From Alphaproteobacteria bacterium (GTDB lineage: Bacteria > Pseudomonadota > Alphaproteobacteria > Bin95), in NCBI GenBank assembly GCA_964291285.2, contig OZ219785.1, positions 448,001 through 512,000 on the forward strand: a stretch of DNA of 64,000 nucleotides, written 5' to 3'. Of the stretch, positions 18,138-27,220 are shown in pieces. Made by a program: the position numbers and the translations under genes. The notes below the pieces were generated by a model, which saw nothing but the letters and a program-made list of their open reading frames with translations, made no database searches and was not told the DNA's origin. Each line of letters opens with the position of its first letter. Within the stretch, counting starts at the first letter, position 1.

Positions 18138-19583
18138 CTACTGCGCGCCCGCCGCGTGCCGACCGGCGCGGCGGCCGAACACGGCGCCGCGCATGACGGA
18201 GGTGGCGCCCGTATAGTCGCCGTAATAGAGCCCGGCGGTCTCGCCGGCGGCGTAGAGGCCCGGGATCGGGTCGCCGTCGAGGTCGATGACGCGCCCGCTC
18301 GCGTCGATGCGCAGGCCCCCGAAGGTGAAGCAGTTGGCGCAGATCACCGGCCAGGCCCGGAAGGGCGGCCTGAGGAGCGGCCGCGCCCAGTTGCTCTTCG
18401 GAGGCCGGAGGCCCCGCGTGGCGAGGCCGTCCGGCCCGTCCGGGCGGAAGGCCGATACGTCCTCCGGGCAGGCGGCGTTGTAGGCGGCAAGCGTGGCGGA
18501 GAGCGCCGCCGGGTCGAGGCCGGCCGCCTCCGCCAGCGCCCTGACCGTCGGCGCTTCCAGCGGTTCGCGGTCGCTGCGCACCGTCACCCGCCAGTGCGGC
18601 GCGTCGTCGAGCCCGGCGTCGAACACCGCCCAGGCAAGGCCCTGCGGCTGCTCCAGAACGGCGCGCGCGACCCGCTCATAGCCGGCATCGACCGGCCCGG
18701 CCGCCTCGTCGGTGAAGCGCCCGCCCTCGCGGTTCACCAGCACGCCGTAGCCGTAATGCAGCACCACCGGCTCGATGGCCCCGGAGCGCGGATCGACCGG
18801 CTGCGCGTGGAAGGCGCCGAACTCGCCCGCCGGCGCCGCACCCGCGGCAAGGCCCATCGCCACGCCCTCGCCCCGGTTGTAGTAGCCGCCGCGCGCGACG
18901 GGCCGCGTCCATTGCGCCTTCGGCCCGATATAGCGCGCGAGCATTTCGGGATTGCCCTCGAAGCCGCCCGAGGCCAGCACGACCCGGCCGAGGAAATGGC
19001 CGGGCCGGCCGCGCTGCACGGCCTCGACGCCGACGATTCCGCCCTCGTCGCTGAGCACGAGGCCGCGCGCGGCGGTCTCGTAGTAGATCGAGGCGGAGAG
19101 CCGCTCCGCCTCCGCCGCCAGCGCCTCCACCAGCGCCAGCCCGCCGCCCACCGGCGCAATCCGCGTCGTGGACTGGTAGGGGAAATATGTGGGCAGGAAG
19201 TCCCAGCGCACGCCGAAGCCCTCCAGCCAGCGCAGCGCCGGGCCGGCATCCTCGCCCCAGACGCGGATCAGCTCCGGGTCGGTGAAGCCGAAGGCGCGGA
19301 GCGGGCGCGGCCAGTCCTCGTAAGGCCGTCCCGCATCCTTTACGAACTCCGGGTCGAAATGCCCGCCGGCATTGCTTGCCAGCCTCTCGTCGAAATCCTC
19401 GGAGACCGTGTCGCGGTCCCGCATCCGCCAGAAGCTCTCCGTGTAGCGGGTGTTGCCGCCCCGCTCCTCGTGCGCCGCGCGCTCCAGCACCGCCACGGAC
19501 GCGCCCGCCTCCAGCGCCGAGACGGCCGCCGACAAGCCCGCAATGCCCGCCCCCACGACCACAACATCGAAAGATCCGCCCAT
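18138..19583 (-). CDS. tcuA: FAD-dependent oxidoreductase, tricarballylate dehydrogenase TcuA-like
   Basis: GAGIAG, ERGGNTRYT, LASGGFEGN, FTFGGL, PGLYAAGE, GATSV..GAVFGR. Substrate not certain. Confidence 0.75.
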   Translation of the reverse strand: MGGSFDVVVVGAGIAGLSAAVSALEAGASVAVLERAAHEERGGNTRYTESFWRMRDRDTVSEDFDERLASNAGGHFDPEFVKDAGRPYEDWPRPLRAFGFTDPELIRVWGEDAGPALRWLEGFGVRWDFLPTYFPYQSTTRIAPVGGGLALVEALAAEAERLSASIYYETAARGLVLSDEGGIVGVEAVQRGRPGHFLGRVVLASGGFEGNPEMLARYIGPKAQWTRPVARGGYYNRGEGVAMGLAAGAAPAGEFGAFHAQPVDPRSGAIEPVVLHYGYGVLVNREGGRFTDEAAGPVDAGYERVARAVLEQPQGLAWAVFDAGLDDAPHWRVTVRSDREPLEAPTVRALAEAAGLDPAALSATLAAYNAACPEDVSAFRPDGPDGLATRGLRPPKSNWARPLLRPPFRAWPVICANCFTFGGLRIDASGRVIDLDGDPIPGLYAAGETAGLYYGDYTGATSVMRGAVFGRRAGRHAAGAQ

Positions 19584-19595
19584 GGGCCGGACCAT

Positions 19596-19862
19596 AGCCC
19601 GCATTTCTCGCCAGGGTCACGGTCTGCGTCGCGTCCAGGCGCTCGATCCGCAAGGAGCGGGCCGAAAAGCGTAGCGGTGCCTACGCTTGAGGCCCGCGAC
19701 GCCGCGGGCGGGCGCTTGGGCGCGACCCGAAGGGCGGAGCTGTCGGGCCGTCAGGGTAGGAGGGCCGCGCAGCGCGATGCGGGGCATCGGGCAAGCGGCT
19801 CGACGCAGCCTGACGGCCCGACAGCGCCGCGCAGACCATGACCCTGGCGAGAAATGCGGGCT
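19596..19862. mobile_element. MITE-like element with 33-bp terminal inverted repeats and an internal hairpin
   Basis: AGCCCGCATTTCTCGCCAGGGTCACGGTCTGCG (19596-19628) is inverted at 19830-19862 with 1 mismatch. Internal IR GCTGTCGGGCCGTCAGG/CCTGACGGCCCGACAGC. Confidence 0.65.
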
Positions 19863-19930
19863 GGCCCGGACGGCGCCCGGCCGCACACCCGTCCTTGCCT
19901 CCTTCGCCCGCGGCGGCGAGAGTGCGGGCC

Positions 19931-20875
19931 ATGACGGCGCGCGACCCCCTTGCCGCAACCGATATCCGCATCCGCGGCGCCTGGGAGCGGGCGATCCCGC
20001 TGCGGCTGGTGCCCTATTCGCGCCTGGCGCGCTGGGACCGGCCCATCGGCGCCTGGCTGCTGCTGCTGCCCTGCTGGTGGGGCACAGCGCTGGCAGCAGC
20101 GGGCGCGCCCGGCTTCTCCGCGCTCGAAACCGCATGGCTGGTCGCGCTGTTCGCCGTCGGCGCCTTTGCGATGCGGGGTGCGGGCTGCACCTACAACGAC
20201 ATCGTGGACCGGGACTTCGACGCCCGCGTCTCGCGCACCGCGATCCGCCCCCTGCCGGCCGGCCACACGACCGTCTTCCGCGCCTGGGCGTTCATCGCGT
20301 TGCAGGGCGCGGTCGGGCTCGCCGTGCTGCTGGCGCTGGAGCCGGGCGCGGTCCTGGTGGGCCTCGGCTCGATCCCGCTGGTGCTCGCCTACCCCTTCAT
20401 GAAGCGCCTGAGCCACTGGCCGCAGGCCTGGCTCGGCCTCACCTTCAACTGGGGAGCGCTGGTCGGCTGGGCGGCGGTCCAGGGCGAGGTCTCGGGGCCG
20501 GCCTACGCCCTCTACGCCGCCGGCATCGCCTGGACGCTCGGCTACGACACGATCTACGCCCACCAGGACAAGGAGGACGATGCGCTGGTGGGCGTCAAAT
20601 CGACGGCGCTCCTGTTCGGCGCGCGCACCCGGCCCTGGGTCGCGGGCTTCTACGGGGCCGCGCTTGCCCTGCTGGCGCTCGCCGGCTGGCTGGCGGGCCT
20701 CGGCTGGCCGTTCTACGCCGGCCTCGCGGTCGTCGGCGCGCAGTTCGCCTGGCAGGTCCGCAGCCTCGACATCGACGACCCGGACCGCTGCCTCGCGCTC
20801 TTCAAGTCCAACCGCCCCGCCGGCCTGCTGGTCCTCGGAGCCATCGCGCTGGGCATGGCGGGGCCCGGCGTCTGA
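19931..20875 (+). CDS. ubiA: 4-hydroxybenzoate polyprenyltransferase
   Basis: RLARWDRPIG, GCTYNDIVDRDFD, YPFMKR, YDTIYAHQDKEDD, GVKSTA. Confidence 0.95.
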   Translation: MTARDPLAATDIRIRGAWERAIPLRLVPYSRLARWDRPIGAWLLLLPCWWGTALAAAGAPGFSALETAWLVALFAVGAFAMRGAGCTYNDIVDRDFDARVSRTAIRPLPAGHTTVFRAWAFIALQGAVGLAVLLALEPGAVLVGLGSIPLVLAYPFMKRLSHWPQAWLGLTFNWGALVGWAAVQGEVSGPAYALYAAGIAWTLGYDTIYAHQDKEDDALVGVKSTALLFGARTRPWVAGFYGAALALLALAGWLAGLGWPFYAGLAVVGAQFAWQVRSLDIDDPDRCLALFKSNRPAGLLVLGAIALGMAGPGV

Positions 20876-20904
20876 CGGGCGGCGGTTGGCCTTGGCCTTA
20901 TTCG

Positions 20905-21007
20905 TCGCCCCGGACCCCGATCCGGGGCCCATCTCCCGCCGGTTCGGATTGGCGCGAAAGTCGGAAGATGGGCCCCCGGCTCTCCCCCGGATCAAGTCCG
21001 GGGCAGG
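20905..21007. repeat. REP-like palindromic intergenic repeat between convergent genes
   Basis: CCCCGGACCCCGATCCGGGGCCCATCT ... AGATGGGCCCCCGG ... CCCCGGATCAAGTCCGGGG, a motif typical of alphaproteobacterial intergenic palindromes. Confidence 0.6.
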
Positions 21008-21079
21008 CTGCTTCGCTCCTGCCGGGGTGACGGTTGTGTGCTCGCTGCGAAACACGGTCCGGGGCGAATGGATTCCGTT

Positions 21080-21820
21080 CTAGCCCAGCGCCGCCGCGAG
21101 TGCGTCGCCGATGCGCCGGGCCCAGAGGGCGGCGCCGGCTCCGTCGCGGATCAGGTCGTTGCGGATCTCCAGGCCGAGATGCGGGATGCCGCGCGGCTCG
21201 GCATGGCGCCGGGTGGTGTAGCCGCGCCGGGACCGGCCGGAATAGGGAAGGTTGTCGCCGACGAGGATGCCCGGCTCCGCCAGCGCCGCCATGAACGGCC
21301 GGGCGAGCGCCTCGCTCTCGTTCCAGAAGGTGCCGACATGCCAGGGCCGCGGGTCGCCGCCGGCCAGCCGCGGCGTGAAGCTGTGGACCGACACGAACGC
21401 CCGGGGCGCGAGGCAGCCGTCCAGCATGTCCTCGACCGCGGCGTGGTAGGGCTCGAACAGCGCGTCCCGCCGCCAGGCGCGCGCGGCGGCGTCGAGGCCC
21501 CGGTTGCCGGGCACGGCCACGCCGTCGCTCTCCTCCAGGATCGAGGTCGGATCGCCGGGGTCGCGGTTGCAGTCGATGGCGAGGCGCGAATAGCCGGACC
21601 GGACGGCCGGGGCGTCGAAGCGCGCCGCCAGCAGTTCGAAGACAGCGGCCGCGCCCGGGTCCCAGCCGATATGGTCGCAAAGCTCGGCCCCGGATATGCC
21701 GAGGTCTCCGAGGCGGGCCGGCAGGGCATGGCTCGCATGGTCGCAGACGAAGACGACGGGCGACTCCGCCCGGCCGGGCCGGACGGCGAAGGGCGGCGGG
21801 TCTCCGGGGGCGAGCGTCAC
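21080..21820 (-). CDS. N-formylglutamate amidohydrolase family protein
   Basis: VCDHAS, HIGWDPG, YSRLAIDCNR, SVHSFTP, NLPY, LEIRNDLI. Confidence 0.9.
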   Translation of the reverse strand: MTLAPGDPPPFAVRPGRAESPVVFVCDHASHALPARLGDLGISGAELCDHIGWDPGAAAVFELLAARFDAPAVRSGYSRLAIDCNRDPGDPTSILEESDGVAVPGNRGLDAAARAWRRDALFEPYHAAVEDMLDGCLAPRAFVSVHSFTPRLAGGDPRPWHVGTFWNESEALARPFMAALAEPGILVGDNLPYSGRSRRGYTTRRHAEPRGIPHLGLEIRNDLIRDGAGAALWARRIGDALAAALG

Positions 21821-21888
21821 GGGCGCGGCCTGCCTTTCGCGCCGTCCGGGGACGCGGCAGGATGCGCCCCGCCAGCCGGGAGACCGCC

Positions 21889-22806
21889 ATGACCGACGCC
21901 GACCTGCCGATCGTCGATGCCCACCACCATCTCTGGGACCTGGGCGCGCTCCGCTATCCCTGGCTCCACGACCCGGAACCGCATGGCGGCTTCTTCCTCG
22001 GCGACTACGCGCCGCTCCGCCGGAACTACCTGCCGGCGGACTACCGCCGCGACGCCGCCGGCCACAATGTCGTCGCGACCGTCCATGTCGAGGCGGAATG
22101 CGACCGGAGCCTCCAGGTCGAGGAGACCCTCTGGGTGGACGGCATCGCCGAAGAGCACGGCATGCCGGCCGCCATCGTCGGCCATGCCTGGTTCCACCGG
22201 GAGGACTGCGCGGAAGTGCTGGAGCACCATATCGCCGCCTCCCGGCGCTTCCGGGGCGTGCGCTCGAAGCCGGTGACCGCGGACCGGCCCGGCCTTTCGG
22301 TGCGCGGCCAACCGGGCACGATGCAGGACGAGCGCTGGCTGGAAGGCTTCGCTCTGCTGGAGCGCTACGGCCTCTCCTGGGACCTGCGCGTGCCGGCCTG
22401 GCATCTGGAGGAGGCGGCGGAGGTCGCCCGCGCCTTCCCCGCCGTTCCCGTCGTGCTCAACCACACGGGCTTTCCCTGGGACCGCTCCGCGGCCGGGCTC
22501 GACCTCTGGCGGCAGGGCATGGCGGCGCTGGCCGGGTGCCCCAATGTCTCCGTCAAGCTCTCCTGCCTCTGCCTGCCGGACGGCCCCTGGCGCGAGGAGG
22601 AAAACGGCCCGCTGGTGCGCGAGACGATCCGGCTCTTCGGCGCGGAGCGCTGCATGTTCGCGAGCAACTTCCCCGTGGACGGGCTCAGGACCGGCTTCGG
22701 CGACATGATGAGCGCCTACAAGCGCATGGTCCGCGACCTGCCCGATGCGGACCGGCGCGCCCTCTTCCACGACACCGCCGCCCGCTTCTACCGGCTGGAC
22801 GGCTGA
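21889..22806 (+). CDS. Amidohydrolase_2 family (lactonase-like)
   Basis: IVDAHHHLWD, TVHVEA, VLNHTGFP, VKLS, RCMFASNFPVD. Confidence 0.88.
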   Translation: MTDADLPIVDAHHHLWDLGALRYPWLHDPEPHGGFFLGDYAPLRRNYLPADYRRDAAGHNVVATVHVEAECDRSLQVEETLWVDGIAEEHGMPAAIVGHAWFHREDCAEVLEHHIAASRRFRGVRSKPVTADRPGLSVRGQPGTMQDERWLEGFALLERYGLSWDLRVPAWHLEEAAEVARAFPAVPVVLNHTGFPWDRSAAGLDLWRQGMAALAGCPNVSVKLSCLCLPDGPWREEENGPLVRETIRLFGAERCMFASNFPVDGLRTGFGDMMSAYKRMVRDLPDADRRALFHDTAARFYRLDG

Positions 22807-23027
22807 TCCCCTGCGGTGGGGCGCGTTCTGCGTCCCGGTCTGGAACATTCTCATTCGCGGAACTGTATCCGGAGCCCGCCTGCGAGGCTCCCAAGAGCCC
22901 GACCGACGCCCCCGGCGGGCTGCGATACAGCGGCGGATGTTACACCATGTGTCCCCGGTCCCGCACCTTGCCGGACAGATACGATCGCCGGCGACCGGGA
23001 AGCCTTGCCTTTCCGCTTATGTCGGGC

Positions 23028-23061
23028 TTGACATGAATGTGCTTTTGATGCACATTCATGT
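23028..23061 (+). promoter_or_regulatory. Promoter (-35 TTGACA) overlapped by a perfect 12-bp inverted repeat (probable XRE operator)
   Basis: TTGACA at 23028-23033. ACATGAATGTGC-TTTTGAT-GCACATTCATGT at 23031-23061, 36 bp upstream of ATG 23098. Confidence 0.65.
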
Positions 23062-23097
23062 GTACAAGCACAAGTTTCCCGGAGCGGGGGTCGTCCA

Positions 23098-23161
23098 ATG
23101 AAGTCGGAAACGACATACCAAACGGTGCTCGGCCGCCTGATCGCATTGAAGCGCCGACAGA
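23098..23161 (+). pseudogene. 5' fragment of the XRE-HTH gene split by the IS21 element
   Basis: MKSETTYQTVLGRLIALKRRQ. Removing the IS and one TSD copy joins it in frame to KQMDQEELAQ... at 27216 onward. Confidence 0.85.
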
Positions 23162-23221
23162 TGTTAGCGACGGTTACAGAGCGCGCCTATTCGCTGACAT
23201 TTTTCGGCCGGTTGCGGTTTT

Positions 23222-24094
23222 TCAGTTGATCTGTTGGTCATCGGTTTCGATTGGTTCGCCGGCTCGGTCGCGGATGAGCATGTCGTTCCAGTCCCGGTTG
23301 TCGAGTGCGGGTCGCAGCCGGACGATTCTGGTGTCGTTGCGGGCGAGGCGCCTTGCGGCGTGATCGCCGTTTGTGGTGGCGTCGTATGCACAGAAGATGA
23401 GGCGCGGGTTCCATGCCTCGATCCATTTGGGGACTTTGGTGGCGACGGCGCCGGTGGAGACGGTGGCGCATTCGGTGCGTTTTACCGGGCCGAGGTGGAG
23501 GGAGAGGATGGAGAGTGCGTCGAGGGCGTTGCCGGCCAGGATGACGGCGTGTGGCCATTCGGTCTCCCAGGACATCCAGAAGCCGCCGCCCGCGGTCGTT
23601 TTGCGGTCAGCGGTGACGGTTTCGATGCCGGTAGCCTCGCCGGCGGCGTTTCGGCGGACGAACACGGGGTTGCCGTGAGGGTCGGCATGGACCAGGCCGA
23701 GGTCGCGGCACAGGGTGACGAGCGCGTCCGCGAGGCCGCGCCGCTCGACGAGGTATCGCCGGAGGTTGGGCCAGCGGGGGTCCTTGGCCGGCGCCTGCCG
23801 GCGGCCGCCTGGGGGCATTGAGAGGTCGGACAGTTCGGCGAGGAAGTCGATGGCGTCCGGCGGGGTGCATCCGAGCGCATGGACCGCCAGTTCGATAGCC
23901 CCGGCTCCCTCCTCTGCGCGCAGATGGTCGTAGAACATGAAGCGGTTGATGGAGAGGACCGATCCTGGCCGTCTCCAGCGCACGGCATTGTCGGGATCGC
24001 TGCGGTAGCCGAGGGCTCGGGCGACGGGTTCGAGGGGATAGCCCCGCAGGCTCTCGGCCCGCACCCGCCGCTCGCGGGGGCGGGAGGGATGCAT
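23222..24094 (-). CDS. DUF3991/TOPRIM primase-like passenger protein with degenerate acidic motifs
   Basis: 'GAGAIELAVHALG', 'RRYLVERRGL', 'GN.VF', 'ALDALS', 'CAYD...G..AA', 'RLRP...DWND.L'. Confidence 0.7.
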   Translation of the reverse strand: MHPSRPRERRVRAESLRGYPLEPVARALGYRSDPDNAVRWRRPGSVLSINRFMFYDHLRAEEGAGAIELAVHALGCTPPDAIDFLAELSDLSMPPGGRRQAPAKDPRWPNLRRYLVERRGLADALVTLCRDLGLVHADPHGNPVFVRRNAAGEATGIETVTADRKTTAGGGFWMSWETEWPHAVILAGNALDALSILSLHLGPVKRTECATVSTGAVATKVPKWIEAWNPRLIFCAYDATTNGDHAARRLARNDTRIVRLRPALDNRDWNDMLIRDRAGEPIETDDQQIN

Positions 24095-24096
24095 GG

Positions 24097-24891
24097 CTAT
24101 GGCGACGGGACCGGGTTCGCCTTTCCAGTGCTTTGCCCGGCTTTCGGTCCGCGCCGGCGGCGGCGTTCGGCGCTGCGCTGCTTCTGACGTTCCTCGGCTT
24201 CCTTGCGGCGCCAGGAGTCGCCGTCGATGGCGACGATCTCGGCGTTGTGGACGAGCCGGTCGACGAGGGCGACCAGGCAGGCGGCGTTTGGGAAGGCCTC
24301 GCTCCACTCGGCGAAGGGGCGGTTCGTGGTGATTATGGTTGAGTTCTGCTGGCTGCGGCTTGAGACGATGTTGAACAGCAGGTCGGCGTGGCGGTTGGAG
24401 TAGGAGAGATATCCGACTTCGTCGATGACCAGCAGGTGCTGTCGGGCGTAGAAGCGCAGCCTGCGCTGGAGCAGGGTGTCGGAGTCGATGGCGGCGAGTT
24501 CGCCGAGCAGGCTGGCGGCGGTTGCGAAGCGCACGATGTGGCCTTCGAGGACGGCGCGGTGGGCGATATTGGCGGCGATGGTGGACTTTCCGACGCCGTT
24601 GGGTCCGACCAGTACGAGGTTTGCGGCCTCCTTGAGGAAGTCGAGGGTCATGAGGTCCTCGACGGCCATGCGGTCGCAGCGCCTTGGCCAGTCCCAGTCG
24701 AAGTCTGCGAGCGGCTTGAACTGTCCGAGGCGGGCGTCGGCGAGGCGGCGTTTGAGGCTTCGGGCGCGCTTCTCATCTTCTTCCCACGCGATCAGGGAGG
24801 CGAGCCAGTCGCGCTCCGCGACTTCGCCCCAATGGGCGAGGAGGCCGTGCAGGCCCAGCGCGCGGGCGCGGTTCATGAGGGTGTCGGTCAT
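24097..24891 (-). CDS. istB: IS21 helper AAA+ ATPase
   Basis: DFDWDW, GPNGVGKS, LLVIDEVGY, IITTN, LVDRLVH. Overlaps the istA stop. Confidence 0.93.
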   Translation of the reverse strand: MTDTLMNRARALGLHGLLAHWGEVAERDWLASLIAWEEDEKRARSLKRRLADARLGQFKPLADFDWDWPRRCDRMAVEDLMTLDFLKEAANLVLVGPNGVGKSTIAANIAHRAVLEGHIVRFATAASLLGELAAIDSDTLLQRRLRFYARQHLLVIDEVGYLSYSNRHADLLFNIVSSRSQQNSTIITTNRPFAEWSEAFPNAACLVALVDRLVHNAEIVAIDGDSWRRKEAEERQKQRSAERRRRRGPKAGQSTGKANPVPSP

Positions 24892-26393
24892 TCTTCGCTG
24901 TCCTTTTCATGGTAGCCGGCCAGCCCGTCGTATCCGCCGAGATCGTGATCGCGCACGGCGATGTCGCGCACGCGCGGGTCCCTGGGCAGGTCGATGGGGA
25001 TCGGCGGCGGCCTGTCCTGCAGTTCGCGCCGCCGTGTGAGGCTGAGGCGCACGGCATTGGGATGGGGGACGCCGCGTTCGAGGGCCTCGTCGATGGCGGC
25101 TTCGAGCTCGGCGGCGCCGTATTGGTCGAGCAGGCGCAGCAGGGCGGCGACGGTGGCGCCGATATAAGCGCCGCGGGGGGCGGCCTCGGCGATCAGGCGC
25201 TCGCTGTTGGGCGCGGCCTGGAGCAGCCGGCTCTGCCCGCGCAGGCTGCGGGCGTGACGCTTGCGCCTGACCAGCTCCTCAATGTGTTCGGGGTTCTCGA
25301 TGCGGGCCGCCTTGTCGAAGCTGCGCGGATGGCGGGCGATGACCTCCATGCCGTCGAGGATGCGCACCTCTTCCAGCGTCGCGGCCACGGTGAGGGTGCG
25401 CCGGACATGGGTATGCGGGACGCTGTAGTCATTGAGGTCGAACCTGGCATAGGGGGTCTTGGCGATCCTGACCTCGACCCTCTCGTCGACGGGGGGACGG
25501 TCGTCGGGCAGCGCCATCAGGGAGCCGCGCTCGCGCTCGAAGGCCTCGCTCACGGTGAGGGAGCGGTCGTCCGGCCAGGGGCGGTCGGCGGCGACGCCCT
25601 CGCACCACTCCCGGGCCTGGGCGTTGAGATCGTCGAGGTCACGCCAGGCGCGGGCGGCGAAGAAGCTGTCGCGCACATAGCGTATGGCCCGCTCGACGCG
25701 GCCCTTCTCGTTGCCTCGGGCGACCGCGACCGGCTTCGGCAGGAAGCGGTAGGCGCCTGCGAAGTCGAGAAGCCGGGGATTGAAGCGGATGGCGTCGCCG
25801 CGCCGCTCCAGCACGACGCTCTTCAGATTGTCGTACCAGAGCTCGCGGGGCACGCCCTGCCAAGCCTCGAAGGCCTCGACATGGCCGCGCAGGAAGTTGT
25901 CCATCCCGGCGTTGAGGTAGAAGCGCAGGAAGAGGCGGCGCGAGTGGCCGAGCACCATCACGAAGGCCATCAGCGGGCGCTCCGCACGCCCGATCCTCAC
26001 CTTGCCGAAGTGGGCCCAGTCGACCTGGGCCTGCTCGCCGGGCAGGGCCTTGAGGCGCAGATAGGCCTCGGCCACCGGCCGCGGACGCTCGGGCGCGATC
26101 ATGCGCCGGAAGTGGCTCTCGCACCCCCGGTAACCGCGCTCGACCGCCATCCGGTAGAGCCGGCTGGAGGGCAACTTCGGCCAGACCGCCAGGGTCTGGC
26201 GGACGAAGGGCAGGAACGGATCGATCATCGAAGATCTGCGCCGCTTCTCAGGCGTGGGCGCCCCGGCGGCCGCCACCGCGCGCTCGACCGTGCCGTGGTG
26301 GACGCCGAGCTGGCGCGCGATCGTGCCGATCCGCCACTTCTCGGCAAAATACAGCCGCAGGATCTCGGCCCGGGTCTGCTGGTCGATCGCCAT
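24888..26393 (-). CDS. istA: IS21 DDE transposase
   Basis: N-terminal HTH, PGEQAQVDW, YDNLK, EKGRVER, FDLNDYSVP. Confidence 0.93.
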   Translation of the reverse strand: MAIDQQTRAEILRLYFAEKWRIGTIARQLGVHHGTVERAVAAAGAPTPEKRRRSSMIDPFLPFVRQTLAVWPKLPSSRLYRMAVERGYRGCESHFRRMIAPERPRPVAEAYLRLKALPGEQAQVDWAHFGKVRIGRAERPLMAFVMVLGHSRRLFLRFYLNAGMDNFLRGHVEAFEAWQGVPRELWYDNLKSVVLERRGDAIRFNPRLLDFAGAYRFLPKPVAVARGNEKGRVERAIRYVRDSFFAARAWRDLDDLNAQAREWCEGVAADRPWPDDRSLTVSEAFERERGSLMALPDDRPPVDERVEVRIAKTPYARFDLNDYSVPHTHVRRTLTVAATLEEVRILDGMEVIARHPRSFDKAARIENPEHIEELVRRKRHARSLRGQSRLLQAAPNSERLIAEAAPRGAYIGATVAALLRLLDQYGAAELEAAIDEALERGVPHPNAVRLSLTRRRELQDRPPPIPIDLPRDPRVRDIAVRDHDLGGYDGLAGYHEKDSEE

Positions 26394-26394
26394 C

Positions 26395-26829
26395 TCACTC
26401 CCTTCGCGCCGGGCGCAGGCCCGGATAGACCGCCCGGGCGCAGAACCGCCCGCAGTGATCGCAGCGGAACACTCCGGCGGGACGGTCGGGTCCGAAGGGC
26501 CTCCTTCCCGAGCGCCCCGCCGGCATGCCCGCCACAACAGGACGGCGCGGTGAACGGGTCAAAGGGTGATGCGTCACTTTCTGCGCACGGCGCCCCTCCT
26601 CAGGCGCACGGACGCGACGGCGCTCGCGGTAGCGCCGCTGGCGTTCGGCATGCTTGTGACGGCCCCGCCGGCTGTTCTGGTAGCGACGCCCGGCAAGGCG
26701 CAGCGAGCGCCGCCGCGCCCGGCCGCTGCACGGACGCGAGCAGTAGATGTTGCCGTGGTCGCACCGCCGGCACAGCACAACCTGGCGATGGCACGAAGCG
26801 CAGGTGAACAGGCGGGCGGCGTTCCTCAT
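26395..26829 (-). CDS. Cys-rich (Zn-finger-like), Arg-rich ORF upstream of istA
   Basis: CASC..VVLCRRCDHGNIYCSRPC, basic helix, C-terminal CDHC. Ends 1 nt before the istA start. Confidence 0.7.
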   Translation of the reverse strand: MRNAARLFTCASCHRQVVLCRRCDHGNIYCSRPCSGRARRRSLRLAGRRYQNSRRGRHKHAERQRRYRERRRVRAPEEGRRAQKVTHHPLTRSPRRPVVAGMPAGRSGRRPFGPDRPAGVFRCDHCGRFCARAVYPGLRPARRE

Positions 26830-27220
26830 CGCAAAGACCGATGAGAACGGGGTGGACCCACGCCCGAACGCCTACGATACTGCGCATACGGGCCGTGCCT
26901 TGCATGGCTCGGGGGGTGCGGCGCCGGTCGTTGCCACCTAGCAAACGGGGCCGGCGCCGCATCGTTCTCAGCAGCCCCAGTCTACCCCCTCGCGCAGCCC
27001 GGCGACCCCCGCCGACAGCGCCAGGACACCCTCCCCTCGGCAGGCGAAAATATCAACGCGACGGGGGCCGGCGACTCCAGTCGGGCTACGCCCTCCTTCC
27101 GTCCCAGGCCCCCGTCACAAACACCGCCGCACCACAATCACTGCGATCATCACGCCCCGCAAAAACGCGCAACGCCAGCAAATAAGCGCCTTTTACGACC
27201 GTCACCTACAACAGAAGCAA

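Larger units (their letters stand above)
23162..27210 (-). mobile_element. Complete four-gene IS21-family element (4049 bp)
   Basis: TGT...ACA ends, imperfect IRs (about 27/40 by eye), 5-bp TSD ACAGA at 23157-23161 and 27211-27215. Confidence 0.92.
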
